Part shown: piece by piece, positions 50,361 through 60,188 of the stretch
How the letters are laid out: each line of letters opens with the position of its first letter
Position numbering within the stretch: position 1 is the first letter of the stretch
Source: Armatimonadota bacterium
Lineage (GTDB): Bacteria > Vulcanimicrobiota > JACPDS01 > JBDRKI01
DNA: 64,000 nt
Direction of reading: 5' to 3'
Assembly: GCA_043814095.1 (NCBI GenBank)
Contig: JBDRKI010000102.1
Location: 32,001-96,000, forward strand
The notes under the pieces: model-generated
The model's input: the letters and a program-made list of their open reading frames with translations, nothing else
Told to the model about the DNA's origin: nothing
Databases searched by the model: none
Position numbers and translations under genes: made by a program

Positions 50361-50624
50361 ATGGCAAGAATTAAAAAAGCTAAAAAAATGATCAAGGTTC
50401 ACGAAAAGAAAAGACTGCGCAATGTAGGGATAAAATCAGAGGTTAAAAGCAGGGTTAAAAAAATCGTAGCTTCTCCCGAAATGGAAAACCTTACCGAATA
50501 CGTAAAAACAACCATAAAGAGAACCGACCAGGCAGCGCAAAAAGGCATAATAAAAAAGAATAAAGCGGCCAGGATAAAATCAAGATTAATGAAAAGAGTA
50601 AACAAAGCCAAAACAAGCGCTTAA
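50361..50624 (+). CDS. rpsT: 30S ribosomal protein S20
   Basis: MARIKKAKK...RLRN...KS; D.AA.KGII.KNKAARIKSRL. Confidence 0.93.
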   Translation: MARIKKAKKMIKVHEKKRLRNVGIKSEVKSRVKKIVASPEMENLTEYVKTTIKRTDQAAQKGIIKKNKAARIKSRLMKRVNKAKTSA

Positions 50625-50666
50625 TTCTTAATCCGCAGATCTGAAAATATAACCCCGTTATAAAAT

Positions 50667-51929
50667 TTAGCGGGGTTTATATATTGGCTTTCCCTTCTTA
50701 ATAACGCATTCAACAAGATTTGTGCCGAAATAATAAGGCATCTCCCTGTAATCCGGTATTCCTAATACACAGAAATCCGCCTGTTTCCCTCTGGCTATAC
50801 TTCCCGCCATATTGCTTACGCCTGCCGCATAAGCACCGTTTATGGTAATAGAGTTTATTGCTTCCTCGGATGTTATTTTCATCTTCAAGCACCCTAAAGA
50901 AGCAATCATCTGCAAAGATAATGTCTGGCAGCTTCCCGCGTTAAAATCCGTGGCAAGTGCTGTTATTACCCCTGAATCTATCAATTTTCTTGCGGGTGCA
51001 TATTTATCCTTACCGAGAAAGAACGTGGTACCAGGGAGTATAACACCGGCTGTTTTGTTTTCAGCCATAAGCTTTATGTCTTTATCCCCTATATTCATTA
51101 AATGATCGGAAGAAGTTCCTTTTAAGGAAGCAATAAGAGAACTGCCGCCTAAATTTTTAAATTCATCCGCGTGAATTTTAAGTTTAAAACCCAGTCTCTT
51201 CGCTTTTTCCAGAATCCTCCTGCTTTCCTCCAGCGTAAATGCGCCTTCTTCGCAGAACACATCAATAAATTCCGCAAGGTTTTCTTTTTTTACCAGGGGC
51301 ATCATTTCATTTATTACAATATCTATATATTTTTTTCTGTCCTGTTTATATTCCTTGGGTACGGAATGAGCCCCGAGGAAAGTAGAAACTATATCAACAG
51401 GCAGTGTTTTCTTAAGCTTTTTTATGACTTTCAGGGTTTTTATTTCGGACTCTGAGCTGAGCCCGTACCCGCTTTTTACTTCAACAGTCGTAGTGCCGTG
51501 TCTTAACATTATTTCTATAAAAAGCTTAGCTCGTTTGTATAAAAGATCGGCACTTACCCCCCTTGTATTATTTACGGTTGACTGGATGCCGCCCCCTTTA
51601 GCGTGGATTTCTTCATAAGTGACGCCGTGAGCTCTGGCCTGGAACTCGGCAACTCTTGATCCTCCAAAGACAGGATGGGTATGTGAATCCACAAAACCCG
51701 GGAGTATAACTTTATCTTTAAAATCAATTACCTTTTCCGCTTTCTTGTTCTTTTTATTCAATACGGACAATTTATCTATATCAACAATTCTGCCGTCTTT
51801 AACCGCGATAAATGAATCTTTTAACAGGTTTACATCCTGCATCTGCTTACCTGTTTTATACCCTTTAGAGCTGTGGCAGGTTAAAATTGTACCGCCGGTT
51901 ATAATCAAATCCATTCTATTATCGGCCAT
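50667..51929 (-). CDS. hutI: Imidazolonepropionase
   Basis: PGFVDSHTH..FGG.R..EF, GGGI.STV, EVKSGYGL, LGAH, DVFCE, KIHADE, DHL, ATDFN. Confidence 0.92.
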   Translation of the reverse strand: MADNRMDLIITGGTILTCHSSKGYKTGKQMQDVNLLKDSFIAVKDGRIVDIDKLSVLNKKNKKAEKVIDFKDKVILPGFVDSHTHPVFGGSRVAEFQARAHGVTYEEIHAKGGGIQSTVNNTRGVSADLLYKRAKLFIEIMLRHGTTTVEVKSGYGLSSESEIKTLKVIKKLKKTLPVDIVSTFLGAHSVPKEYKQDRKKYIDIVINEMMPLVKKENLAEFIDVFCEEGAFTLEESRRILEKAKRLGFKLKIHADEFKNLGGSSLIASLKGTSSDHLMNIGDKDIKLMAENKTAGVILPGTTFFLGKDKYAPARKLIDSGVITALATDFNAGSCQTLSLQMIASLGCLKMKITSEEAINSITINGAYAAGVSNMAGSIARGKQADFCVLGIPDYREMPYYFGTNLVECVIKKGKPIYKPR

Positions 51930-52037
51930 TACTTTTACCTCTTATCCTTTGTAAATTGTAAACTATATAAAAAAATAATATTTAATATTATTTTGGGAAA
52001 TTAAGGTAAAATTCCTGCAAGGATTGTGTTAAGATGC

Positions 52038-52442
52038 TTATTCAGGCTTAAAAATATCGATCTCGTTTTTAAGCACGTTATAATCTAAATCTTTAGTAAC
52101 AAGTTTACAGTTATGTTCTATGGCAAAAGACGCTATATAGCTGTCAGCGATACCTAATTTATAAATAGCTTTTAATCTGCCCGCATTTAAAATAACTCTC
52201 TCATTAGGCAACAATACAGGCAAATCCCAGCTTTTAACTATACCGTATATGCTGTCTGCTTTAGCTTTGTCAAGCCTATTCCAAACCAAATAATATAATT
52301 CAGTTAAACAAATAAATGGAATCGCGCAATTATTTAAAATTGACGAGATATCATCTGCGCCTCTTTCATTTGCTAAATAAGCAATTAAAGCGGATGTATC
52401 TAATATGTAAAAATTTTCTTTAATCATATTTAAGATTTTCAA
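52038..52442 (-). CDS. VapC-type PIN domain toxin
   Basis: ILDTSALIAY..NE.G, TELYY, LGIADSYI, LVTKD. Confidence 0.87.
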   Translation of the reverse strand: MKILNMIKENFYILDTSALIAYLANERGADDISSILNNCAIPFICLTELYYLVWNRLDKAKADSIYGIVKSWDLPVLLPNERVILNAGRLKAIYKLGIADSYIASFAIEHNCKLVTKDLDYNVLKNEIDIFKPE

Positions 52443-52659
52443 CTCTTCTTTCTGATCTTCTTTGAGTTATAAGGTCTTTCACGGATATCCCTTTTAAGAT
52501 GCCGCGCGCATCTTTGCAGCTTTTTCCGGGTATGGGAACAATAACAATTTCGTTCCCCAGATCAATCAGCTCAACTTTGCTTTTCGGCTTCAATCCGTAT
52601 TTTGCTCTTATGGACGCGGGTATAACTATCTGCCCCTTATTTGATATCTTTATAGTCAT
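52420..52659 (-). CDS. AbrB/MazE/SpoVT-fold antitoxin
   Basis: KISNKGQIVIPASIRAKYGL; overlaps the PIN gene. Confidence 0.88.
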   Translation of the reverse strand: MTIKISNKGQIVIPASIRAKYGLKPKSKVELIDLGNEIVIVPIPGKSCKDARGILKGISVKDLITQRRSERRVENLKYD

Positions 52660-52685
52660 AAATAAGATACCCCCTTCCCAAATAT

Positions 52686-52714
52686 ATTATATACCAAATT
52701 ATACCATATGTCAA
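52686..52714 (-). promoter_or_regulatory. Consensus sigma-70 promoter of the vapBC-like operon with direct repeats
   Basis: Minus strand TTGACA-N17-TATAAT (perfect consensus); TATACCA occurs twice across the spacer and -10. Confidence 0.75.
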
Positions 52715-52849
52715 ACAAAATCATAAAATGTTCTACTTTCATTTAAAAAATACCACTACGGATAATTTCAAATATTCTTTGTTTTTGCAGGAAAACATAT
52801 TATTTAATTTAATTATTTCACTTATAGATAACAATTACAGGTAATAATC

Positions 52850-54904
52850 GTGGAAAAAATAAAACTAATCATAGAAAATATGGACTGTCCCTCATGCGCC
52901 GGGACTATAGAGAAGAACCTTCCGGATAAAAACGGTATTTTATCAGCGCAGGTTAATTTCGCGTCAAAGGCCGTAATAATAGAATACAGTCCGGATAAGA
53001 CAAATACAGGGGAAATAGCTAAAAAGCTGAAACTGCTCGGGTTTGGCATAAAAGACGAGAGGAAAAAAGGCAGTAAAAATCTTTATTACTACATAGCTTT
53101 TACGGTAGTACCCCTGCTTGTTATCTTACAGCAAATAATATCTCCCCATCATTTGCATTCTAAGGGATTTCCGGTAGCGTCATTAGCGGTAATATTCGCT
53201 TTTGGCACTTTTAAGAGCGCTTATATAAGTTTGAGAAGAAAAAACATAACGGCGGAACTTTATATGTCTCTCGGCATACTGGTCACATTCTTCATGGGAG
53301 AATTCGTGCCTTCCGCGGTTATCGTTCTTTTCCAGAACATAGGCCAGTTTCTGGATGAGTCAACCTCCGCCAAAGCCGCTTCAGCCATACAGGAGATTAT
53401 AAAAATATCGCCTGAAAAAGCTAGGATTATAAACGGTACGGGCCAGATTGAAGTTCCGGCGGAAGAAGTAAAGATAAATGATATAGTGCTTGTTAAATCA
53501 GGAGAGAAGATACCCGTTGACGGCGTTATTATAGAAGGAAACGGTTTTGTAAATCAGAGCTCTATAACAGGGGAATCAATACCCCAGGAAAAAATACCGG
53601 GCCTTGAGGTATATGCATCTTCCATTCTTGAAGAAGGTTTTTTAAAGGTTAAAACTGCCAAGACATACCACAACACGGTATTTTATAAAATTATAAATTT
53701 AATTGAAGAAGCGGATAAGCAAAAATCCAAAGTCCAGAAAATTGCAGATAAATTCGCGGCATATTTCCTCCCTGCCATATTATTCATCGCGGCAACGGTC
53801 TTTCTCCTGTCAAAAAATTTAAACTCCGCGGTTGCTGTCATAATTGTGGCATGCCCCTGTTCAATAGCCGTAGCTACGCCTCTTGCGGTTATGGCAAGCG
53901 CAGGGAGCCTTGCAAGAAGCGGCATTATTATAAAGGGGGGGCTTTCTTTAGAAGTGCTCTCAAAAGTAAACGTAATGGTTATGGATAAGACAGGCACCAT
54001 AACAATAGGTGAACCGGAAGTTTCTTCAATTAAAAGCTTTGCGGATGCCGGCGATATGGAGGTATTATCTAAAGCCGCATCCTGCGAAATATATTCAGAG
54101 CATCTGCTTGCAAAAGCGATAATCAAAAAAGCGAAAGAATTAAAAATATACATAGAACATCCGGATAACATAAAAGTAGTCCCGGGCAAAGGAATTACGG
54201 CATATACAGGTTCTGATATTATACTTATGGGCAATAAATTTCTTTTTGACGGTATAAAAATACCGGAAGAAGCTGTAAAATATGTAGATAAAATTGAAAA
54301 AGAAGGACAGAGCTCCATCTTAATAGCTTACAACAATATCTTTTACGGTGTTATAGGCATCCAGGACCGGATAAGAGATGAAATTAAACAGGCAATTACT
54401 AATTTAAATAAATTAGGAATTAAGGATATATATATTGTTACGGGGGACAATAAAGCCGCCGCGGAGAGTCTCGCGAAAAAAATAAATATAGATAAAGTTT
54501 ATTCGGAGCAACTCCCTGAAGATAAAGTAAATGTCATCAAAGACCTGCAGAAAGACGGAAAAACTGTTGTTTTTGTCGGAGACGGCATAAATGACGCCCC
54601 GGCATTAAAAACAGCTGATTTAAGCATAGCGATGGGCGTGGCCGGCACCCATATAGCCGTTGAGACTGCCGATATAATTCTTATGAATGACAACCTTAAG
54701 CTTCTGCCTTTAGCTGTAAAGCAGGGAAAAAGAACAGCTTCTACAATAAAGCAGAACATATTTTTCGGGCTTACTTTCAATATACTCGGAGTCATTGCCG
54801 CCTCTATAGGGCTTCTTGCCCCTATCTGGGCTGCGATGGCGCATGTTATACCCGATGTATTCGTATTCGGAAATTCGGCTAAATTAATAAGGAGGATCAA
54901 ATGA
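52850..54904 (+). CDS. Heavy-metal-translocating P1B-type ATPase
   Basis: HMA MDCPSC, TGES, CPC, DKTGT, TGD, GDGINDAP. Confidence 0.92.
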   Translation: MEKIKLIIENMDCPSCAGTIEKNLPDKNGILSAQVNFASKAVIIEYSPDKTNTGEIAKKLKLLGFGIKDERKKGSKNLYYYIAFTVVPLLVILQQIISPHHLHSKGFPVASLAVIFAFGTFKSAYISLRRKNITAELYMSLGILVTFFMGEFVPSAVIVLFQNIGQFLDESTSAKAASAIQEIIKISPEKARIINGTGQIEVPAEEVKINDIVLVKSGEKIPVDGVIIEGNGFVNQSSITGESIPQEKIPGLEVYASSILEEGFLKVKTAKTYHNTVFYKIINLIEEADKQKSKVQKIADKFAAYFLPAILFIAATVFLLSKNLNSAVAVIIVACPCSIAVATPLAVMASAGSLARSGIIIKGGLSLEVLSKVNVMVMDKTGTITIGEPEVSSIKSFADAGDMEVLSKAASCEIYSEHLLAKAIIKKAKELKIYIEHPDNIKVVPGKGITAYTGSDIILMGNKFLFDGIKIPEEAVKYVDKIEKEGQSSILIAYNNIFYGVIGIQDRIRDEIKQAITNLNKLGIKDIYIVTGDNKAAAESLAKKINIDKVYSEQLPEDKVNVIKDLQKDGKTVVFVGDGINDAPALKTADLSIAMGVAGTHIAVETADIILMNDNLKLLPLAVKQGKRTASTIKQNIFFGLTFNILGVIAASIGLLAPIWAAMAHVIPDVFVFGNSAKLIRRIK

Positions 54905-55206
54905 CCGAAGAGAAAAAAGACCATACCCGGGAGATTAATCCCGAGGACTTATTCCCGCAGGATATATACACTTTTATGAAAGTCCTTATAAGTTCTCTGT
55001 CTTCTCAGGCATGGATATTTTTAGGGTTAGTCCCCCACCCCGTAAGCAAAAAGACGGAAAAAGACATAGCCCAGGTTAAAATAGCCATAGATACGATAGA
55101 ATTTATCCATAAACAGATAGAAGACAAGCTTGACGAACAGGAAAAGAATGCGTTCGCAGAGCTGATAGGCAATTTAAAATTAAACTTTATAGAACAGAAT
55201 AAGTAA
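54901..55206 (+). CDS. DUF1844-like protein
   Basis: SLSSQAWIFLGLVPHP...D...KIAID...L...L.LNF pattern. Confidence 0.75.
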   Translation: MTEEKKDHTREINPEDLFPQDIYTFMKVLISSLSSQAWIFLGLVPHPVSKKTEKDIAQVKIAIDTIEFIHKQIEDKLDEQEKNAFAELIGNLKLNFIEQNK

Positions 55207-55215
55207 AGATTTAGA

Positions 55216-55291
55216 TGGAGCCGGGGAGCGGGTTCGAACCGCCGACCTGCGCGTTACGAGTGCGCTGCTCTGCCAGCTGAGCTACCCCGGC
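55216..55291 (-). tRNA. tRNA-Thr(CGT), CCA encoded
   Basis: Reverse complement GCCGGGG TAGCTCAGCTGGCAGAGC A GCGCA CTCGTAA CGCGC AGGTC GGCGG TTCGAAC CCGCT CCCCGGC TCCA: 76-nt cloverleaf. Confidence 0.96.
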
Positions 55292-56555
55292 GTTTTGGCT
55301 TTATTTTATCTTTTTTCTTTTCTTCCTTCTTTTCTTCTTTAATTTTTAACCAGTTTTCTTTTGTGGGAACTTCTATTTTAATTGATTTTTTCTTGCTTCT
55401 CTGCCTTCCAAACTCTATTCTAGCCCCGAAAGTGTTTAGAATATCGTTGTATATGGGAAAATTCAACTCTACCGGAGAAAACTGCAGGTCTTTTAAATAA
55501 CTGTATTTGTCAAACAGCACAAGCTGGTACCCATTCTCCTGTCCGTTTGCCGGAGTCAGGATATTGAATACGGCATTACCGTTATTATTATTTATACCGA
55601 CCCTTATCTCTATGCTTTCACTGGTAAAGTCGGATTCATCGTTCTGAATTATCTCCACAAAAATATCCTTAAGCCTTCTTTTATCAATCAGGAGATTGGA
55701 GATATCCTCATGTTTTATATTAAAATTTAATCTTTTGCCGTCTGATCTTTCTTCAATGTAATATTCAATCTCGTTGATAAAATTTTTCAGCTCAACTTCT
55801 TCTACTTTAGACTTAAGGCCTCTTATCTTTTCATTTTCCCATTCATACAAAAAATTTACGGATTTTTGCAGCTGTTTTGCTTTGTTTTCCAGATTGTTGA
55901 TAAATAAATACTTTGTTTCTTCATCTAATTCTTCATTTAAAAGAAGCTCTGATAGCTTATTTATATAATGCAGCGGTTTTTTATACTGGATTATAAGGCC
56001 GTTTATATAAGCAGATTTTTTTTCTTCATCCGATAAAAGTTCATTATTTATGACTTTCAGCGCGTTTTCCGAATCCTTCAGTTCTTTATTTGCGTTCTCT
56101 AAATATTTTGCGAGCTCTCCCAGTTCTTTGTCTTTAGAAGTTATTTTTTCTTTAAGAACGCTTTTAGCCGCGTTTAATAATGAGATATGCTTTTTTAACT
56201 TAGGCGATTTTATAAAATGGATTATAAATGTTTTTTCAGATTTTTTATCGGCGCCAATCGCGGCTGAGTGAAAAGCTACCGGATATTCTTCTCCTGTTTT
56301 TGTTGAAATTACGCCTTCCCCGTCGGTATTTTTCTTTTTAAATATATCTTCTGGCTCCTGCGTCTTGAAATACTCCTCAAGAGGCCTGCCGGCAATCTCT
56401 TTTTTGCCGTATCCGGTTATACCGGCAAAATACCGGTTTGCCGATATAATGCTGCCCTTGCTGTCAACAAGCACAAAGGCGGAGTTAAAAAAATCCAAAG
56501 CATCAGTTTTTAAGTCTTTCATAGCATTTTCTCCGTTATATGCAGGTATTCTCAA
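55254..56555 (-). CDS. PAS + coiled-coil + degenerate histidine-kinase-like protein
   Basis: PAS (D.KG.I..AN.....TGY...E..GR); HisKA-like YINGLIIQYKKPL with no His at the H-box position; HATPase-like IDKRRLKDIF.EII.N without G boxes; start may be 56522. Confidence 0.72.
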   Translation of the reverse strand: MRIPAYNGENAMKDLKTDALDFFNSAFVLVDSKGSIISANRYFAGITGYGKKEIAGRPLEEYFKTQEPEDIFKKKNTDGEGVISTKTGEEYPVAFHSAAIGADKKSEKTFIIHFIKSPKLKKHISLLNAAKSVLKEKITSKDKELGELAKYLENANKELKDSENALKVINNELLSDEEKKSAYINGLIIQYKKPLHYINKLSELLLNEELDEETKYLFINNLENKAKQLQKSVNFLYEWENEKIRGLKSKVEEVELKNFINEIEYYIEERSDGKRLNFNIKHEDISNLLIDKRRLKDIFVEIIQNDESDFTSESIEIRVGINNNNGNAVFNILTPANGQENGYQLVLFDKYSYLKDLQFSPVELNFPIYNDILNTFGARIEFGRQRSKKKSIKIEVPTKENWLKIKEEKKEEKKKDKIKPKRRGSSAGRAAHS

Positions 56556-56577
56556 TAAAATTCAGAATACTCACTGG

Positions 56578-56606
56578 TTGTTAAAAATACCATAATGTAT
56601 TATAAT
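56578..56606 (+). promoter_or_regulatory. Sigma-70 promoter for the trkA pair
   Basis: TTGTTA-N17-TATAAT. Confidence 0.55.
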
Positions 56607-56643
56607 GCATAAGTTCAAATTTAGCAATTACACGGAGGAACCT

Positions 56644-57327
56644 ATGAAAGTAATCATACTGGGATCCGGCAGGCAGGGCGCCAGGTTGGCGCTTCTTCTG
56701 GAAGCTGAAAAGTACGATATTACGGTAATAGATAAAGATCCTCTCGCTTTTAACAGGCTGGAAAATTTTCACGGAAAATTAATACTGGGCAACGGAATAG
56801 ACGAAGACGTGCTTGTAAAGGCCGGAATAAAAGAAGCTTACGCTTTTGCCGCGGTTACCAACGGCGATAATACAAATTTAATGGCCGCCCAGATCGCTAA
56901 AATTATATATAAAGTGCCCAAAGTTGTCTGCAGGATATATGATCCCAGGCGCTCCGGCATATACCATGACCTGGGCATGGATACGGTATGCTCCACAACA
57001 ACAGGAGCAAGGATGTTAAGAAATATAATTACGACTCCTAAAGTTTTAAGACAGTACCAGATGGGAGACGGGACCGCTGTGGCCATAGAACTTAAACTGG
57101 GTGATAAGATCGCGAACAAAAAGATAAAAGATATTGAATCACCGGGCAAGTTCAGGGTAAGCGGTGCTGTCAGGAACCATAAACCCGTGGTTGTAACGGA
57201 TGATTTTGAGCTTAAGCCGGGAGACCAGATATTCGGGGTTATGGCTACCGAAGAAATAGATTTATTGAAAAAAGTTTTTGACATAGACGAATACGCGGTA
57301 AATTATCCTTTAAAGGGAGGCTACTGA
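56644..57327 (+). CDS. trkA: TrkA family K+ uptake regulatory subunit (RCK-N/RCK-C)
   Basis: GGAGG RBS; MKVIILGSGRQG Rossmann motif, T.GDNTN, RIYDPRR. Confidence 0.88.
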   Translation: MKVIILGSGRQGARLALLLEAEKYDITVIDKDPLAFNRLENFHGKLILGNGIDEDVLVKAGIKEAYAFAAVTNGDNTNLMAAQIAKIIYKVPKVVCRIYDPRRSGIYHDLGMDTVCSTTTGARMLRNIITTPKVLRQYQMGDGTAVAIELKLGDKIANKKIKDIESPGKFRVSGAVRNHKPVVVTDDFELKPGDQIFGVMATEEIDLLKKVFDIDEYAVNYPLKGGY

Positions 57328-57989
57328 TGTTTATTATAATCGTAGGAGGCGGGAAAGTAGGTTATTACCTCTTAAAAGACCTGCTTGAAGCCGGACAGGA
57401 AGTCTCAATAATAGAAAAAAACAAACAGAAAGCCGACAGTTTAAGTGAAGTTCTGGGCGGTATCGTTATTAACGGCGACGGGTGCGACCCTCTTGTACTG
57501 GAAAGATCAGGCGCCGAACGCGCCGATATGGTAGTAGCCATAACCGGTGATGATGAAGATAACCTTGTTATATGCCAGGTAACAAAAAGCAAATTCAATG
57601 TTCCTTTCGTGCTGGCCCAGGTTAATAATCCCAAAAATGAATCTATTTTCAAAATTCTCGGCATTGACGCGACAATTTCAAGCACTAACCTCCTGCTCTC
57701 TTTAATAGAGCAGGAAGTAGCGCATAAAGGCATATTCACTTCCCTTCCCATATACAAAAAAGCTGGCGTACAGATCGTGGAAGCCCTTATAACTCCTAAA
57801 TCTTCACTTAACAACAAAACCGTAAAAGATCTCACGCTCCCCCCCCATACCCTGATTACGGGTGTGATAAGGGATGAGAACTGGCTGATACCCGACGGAA
57901 ACTTTGTAATCAAAGCAAATGATATGGTTATATGCATAATCAAAGAAGAAAACTATGACCAGATGAAGAAAATGCTCATAAATGAGTAG
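57327..57989 (+). CDS. trkA: TrkA family subunit, second paralogue
   Basis: IVGGGKVG, GDG.D, TGDDEDNLV.CQ, VNNPKNE; TGATG stop-start coupling. Confidence 0.88.
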   Translation: MFIIIVGGGKVGYYLLKDLLEAGQEVSIIEKNKQKADSLSEVLGGIVINGDGCDPLVLERSGAERADMVVAITGDDEDNLVICQVTKSKFNVPFVLAQVNNPKNESIFKILGIDATISSTNLLLSLIEQEVAHKGIFTSLPIYKKAGVQIVEALITPKSSLNNKTVKDLTLPPHTLITGVIRDENWLIPDGNFVIKANDMVICIIKEENYDQMKKMLINE

Positions 57990-58023
57990 TTGAAACCAGT
58001 AAAAAATGAACAATGAACATGGC

Positions 58024-58062
58024 ATAATAAAAACCGCTTGAGACCCAAGCGGTTTTTATTAT
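58024..58062. terminator. Bidirectional terminator between trkA and rho
   Basis: ATAATAAAAACCGCTTG-N5-CAAGCGGTTTTTATTAT. Confidence 0.85.
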
Positions 58063-58095
58063 ATCCATTTATCTTATCTATTTACAGAATGTTTA

Positions 58096-59430
58096 TTATT
58101 TCGTTATATGCTCCTTATGGAGGCTTTTCAAAAAATCTGCATTGCTTTTGGTCTTGTTTAATTTTTCTGAAAATTTTTCGGTTACGTCGCCCGGATCAAA
58201 AAGGTCAAACGCGCGTCTTAAGAGCCATGTCTTTTTCAGATCGTCTTCCGGCAGAAGAAGTTCTTCATGCCTTGTTCCTGACCTTTTAATATCTATAGCA
58301 GGGTATATTCTTCTCTCGGCAAGGCGCCTGTCAAGATCAAGCTCCATATTGCCGGTGCCTTTAAATTCTTCAAAGATAACGTCATCCATCTTACTGCCTG
58401 TTTCAATTAAAGCTGTAGCAAGTATTGTAAGGCTCCCGCCTTCTTCAATATTTCTTGCAGAGCCGAAAAATCTTTTAGGCATTCTTAAGGCCGTTGTGTC
58501 CAGACCGCCCGATAAAGTCCTGCCGCTTGCGGGGGTTACGTTATTATACGCCCTGGCAAGCCTTGTAATGCTGTCTAAAAGTATGACAACATCATTGCCT
58601 TCTTCAACAAGCCTTTTTGCTCTTTCTAAAAGAAGCTCGGATATCCTGGTATGCTGTTCCGGAGGTTCGTCAAAAGTTGAACTTACAACTTCACCCTTTA
58701 TGGACCTTTCCATATCCGTTACTTCTTCGGGACGCTCGTCTATAAGAAGGGCCATTAAAACTACTTCCGGGAAATTGCTGGAGATACCGTTTGCTATCTT
58801 CTTAAGGAGAATGGTCTTGCCCGCTTTGGGAGGTGAGACTATAAGGCCTCTCTGGCCTTTGCCTATGGGGCATAGAAGATCTATTATCCTTGTTGATATC
58901 TCATTTCCCACTGTTTCCAGTTCGAACCTTTCATCGGGGAATATAGGGGTTAATTTTTCAAACATGGGCCTTGCTCTTGCAAGTTCAGGGTCTTTATCAT
59001 TTACCGCAAGCACCCTTAATAAGCCGTAGTATTTCTCACCGTTTTTAGGAGGTCTTATCTGGCCTGCCACATAATCCCCTACCCTTAAATTAAATCTTTT
59101 TATCTGTGACTGGGATATGTAGATATCTGAACTGCCCGGCAGATAAGTTGAGCTTCTTAAAAACCCGTAGCCGTCAGGCAGTATTTCAAGTATTCCGGAA
59201 GAAAAATTCAAGCCCTGTTTTATGGCTTGAGCCTCCATGATTTTGTAAATCAGGTCGGGTTTATCATACTTCTGGTAATTCTGTATGCCTGCTTCTTTGG
59301 CTTTGGCGTTAAGAGCCGTTTTGCCGAGTTTTTCAAAAACTCCGTAGTTTTCTACCACTGTTACGTTTTCTGTTCTTGTTTCCCGTTTTTCTTCTTTTTT
59401 GATTTCTTTTTTTGCTTCGTTCTCCGTCAT
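58096..59430 (-). CDS. rho: Transcription termination factor Rho
   Basis: [64 protein letters not shown]. Confidence 0.97.
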   Translation of the reverse strand: MTENEAKKEIKKEEKRETRTENVTVVENYGVFEKLGKTALNAKAKEAGIQNYQKYDKPDLIYKIMEAQAIKQGLNFSSGILEILPDGYGFLRSSTYLPGSSDIYISQSQIKRFNLRVGDYVAGQIRPPKNGEKYYGLLRVLAVNDKDPELARARPMFEKLTPIFPDERFELETVGNEISTRIIDLLCPIGKGQRGLIVSPPKAGKTILLKKIANGISSNFPEVVLMALLIDERPEEVTDMERSIKGEVVSSTFDEPPEQHTRISELLLERAKRLVEEGNDVVILLDSITRLARAYNNVTPASGRTLSGGLDTTALRMPKRFFGSARNIEEGGSLTILATALIETGSKMDDVIFEEFKGTGNMELDLDRRLAERRIYPAIDIKRSGTRHEELLLPEDDLKKTWLLRRAFDLFDPGDVTEKFSEKLNKTKSNADFLKSLHKEHITK

Positions 59431-59449
59431 TTCTCCTCCAGATTTTGCT

Positions 59450-60100
59450 TTACAGTGCCGCCGGCACTTTTTTCCAGTCTTCCATGAATTTCTGTATTCC
59501 TATGTCAGTTAAGGGGTGTTTAAACATCTGCTCTACTATTTTATAGGGGATGGTAGCGATATGCGCTCCCGCTTTTGCCGATTCAACTACATGCTGTGGA
59601 TGTCTTATGCTGGCGGATATAACTTCCGTTTTAAACCCGTAAGTGTCTATTATGGGTATTATTTCGTATAGAAGATCTATGCCGTTCCAGCCTGTATCAT
59701 CAATCCTGCCGACAAACGGACTTATATATGTCGCCCCCGCTTTACATGCCAGAAGCGCTTGATTCGCCGAGAAAACAAGAGTAACATTTGTTTTAATATT
59801 CTCTTTGCTGAGAACACTTGTGGCTTTTATGCCTTCTTTTGTCATGGGAACTTTAACAACCACGTTTTCAGACCATTTACTGAGCTGGCGCGCCTCTTTT
59901 ATAATTCCTTCGGCGTCCATGCTTACCGCTTCGGCGCTTACGGGCCCTTTGCATATATCACAGATTTCAGTAATTACTTCTTTAAAATCTTTTTTCTCTT
60001 TTGATACCAGAGACGGGTTTGTTGTAACCCCGTCAATAATACCCCATGAACATGCCGTTCTTATGTCTTCAATATTCGCCGTGTCTAAAAATATTTTCAT
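59450..60100 (-). CDS. Transaldolase / fructose-6-phosphate aldolase family
   Basis: [20 protein letters not shown] (Schiff-base Lys), [24 protein letters not shown]. Confidence 0.92.
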   Translation of the reverse strand: MKIFLDTANIEDIRTACSWGIIDGVTTNPSLVSKEKKDFKEVITEICDICKGPVSAEAVSMDAEGIIKEARQLSKWSENVVVKVPMTKEGIKATSVLSKENIKTNVTLVFSANQALLACKAGATYISPFVGRIDDTGWNGIDLLYEIIPIIDTYGFKTEVISASIRHPQHVVESAKAGAHIATIPYKIVEQMFKHPLTDIGIQKFMEDWKKVPAAL

Positions 60101-60188
60101 TTCCTTCCTCCTCGTAATTTAAGATACAATAAAAAATTACTTTCCTTGTGCGGGTGGATTTTTAAAATAACAAGACATCTACATACAC

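Noticed and set aside
52038-55291. tRNA-anchored genomic island (vapBC plus metal ATPase beyond the tRNA-Thr 3' end)
   Set aside because: No integrase and no duplicated tRNA 3' end (att repeat) was seen.
58142-59029. 295-aa plus-strand ORF, and the many similar antisense ORFs in the track
   Set aside because: Lies antisense within rho (the others within clp, the P-type ATPase, trkA, etc.); these are shadow ORFs caused by codon bias.
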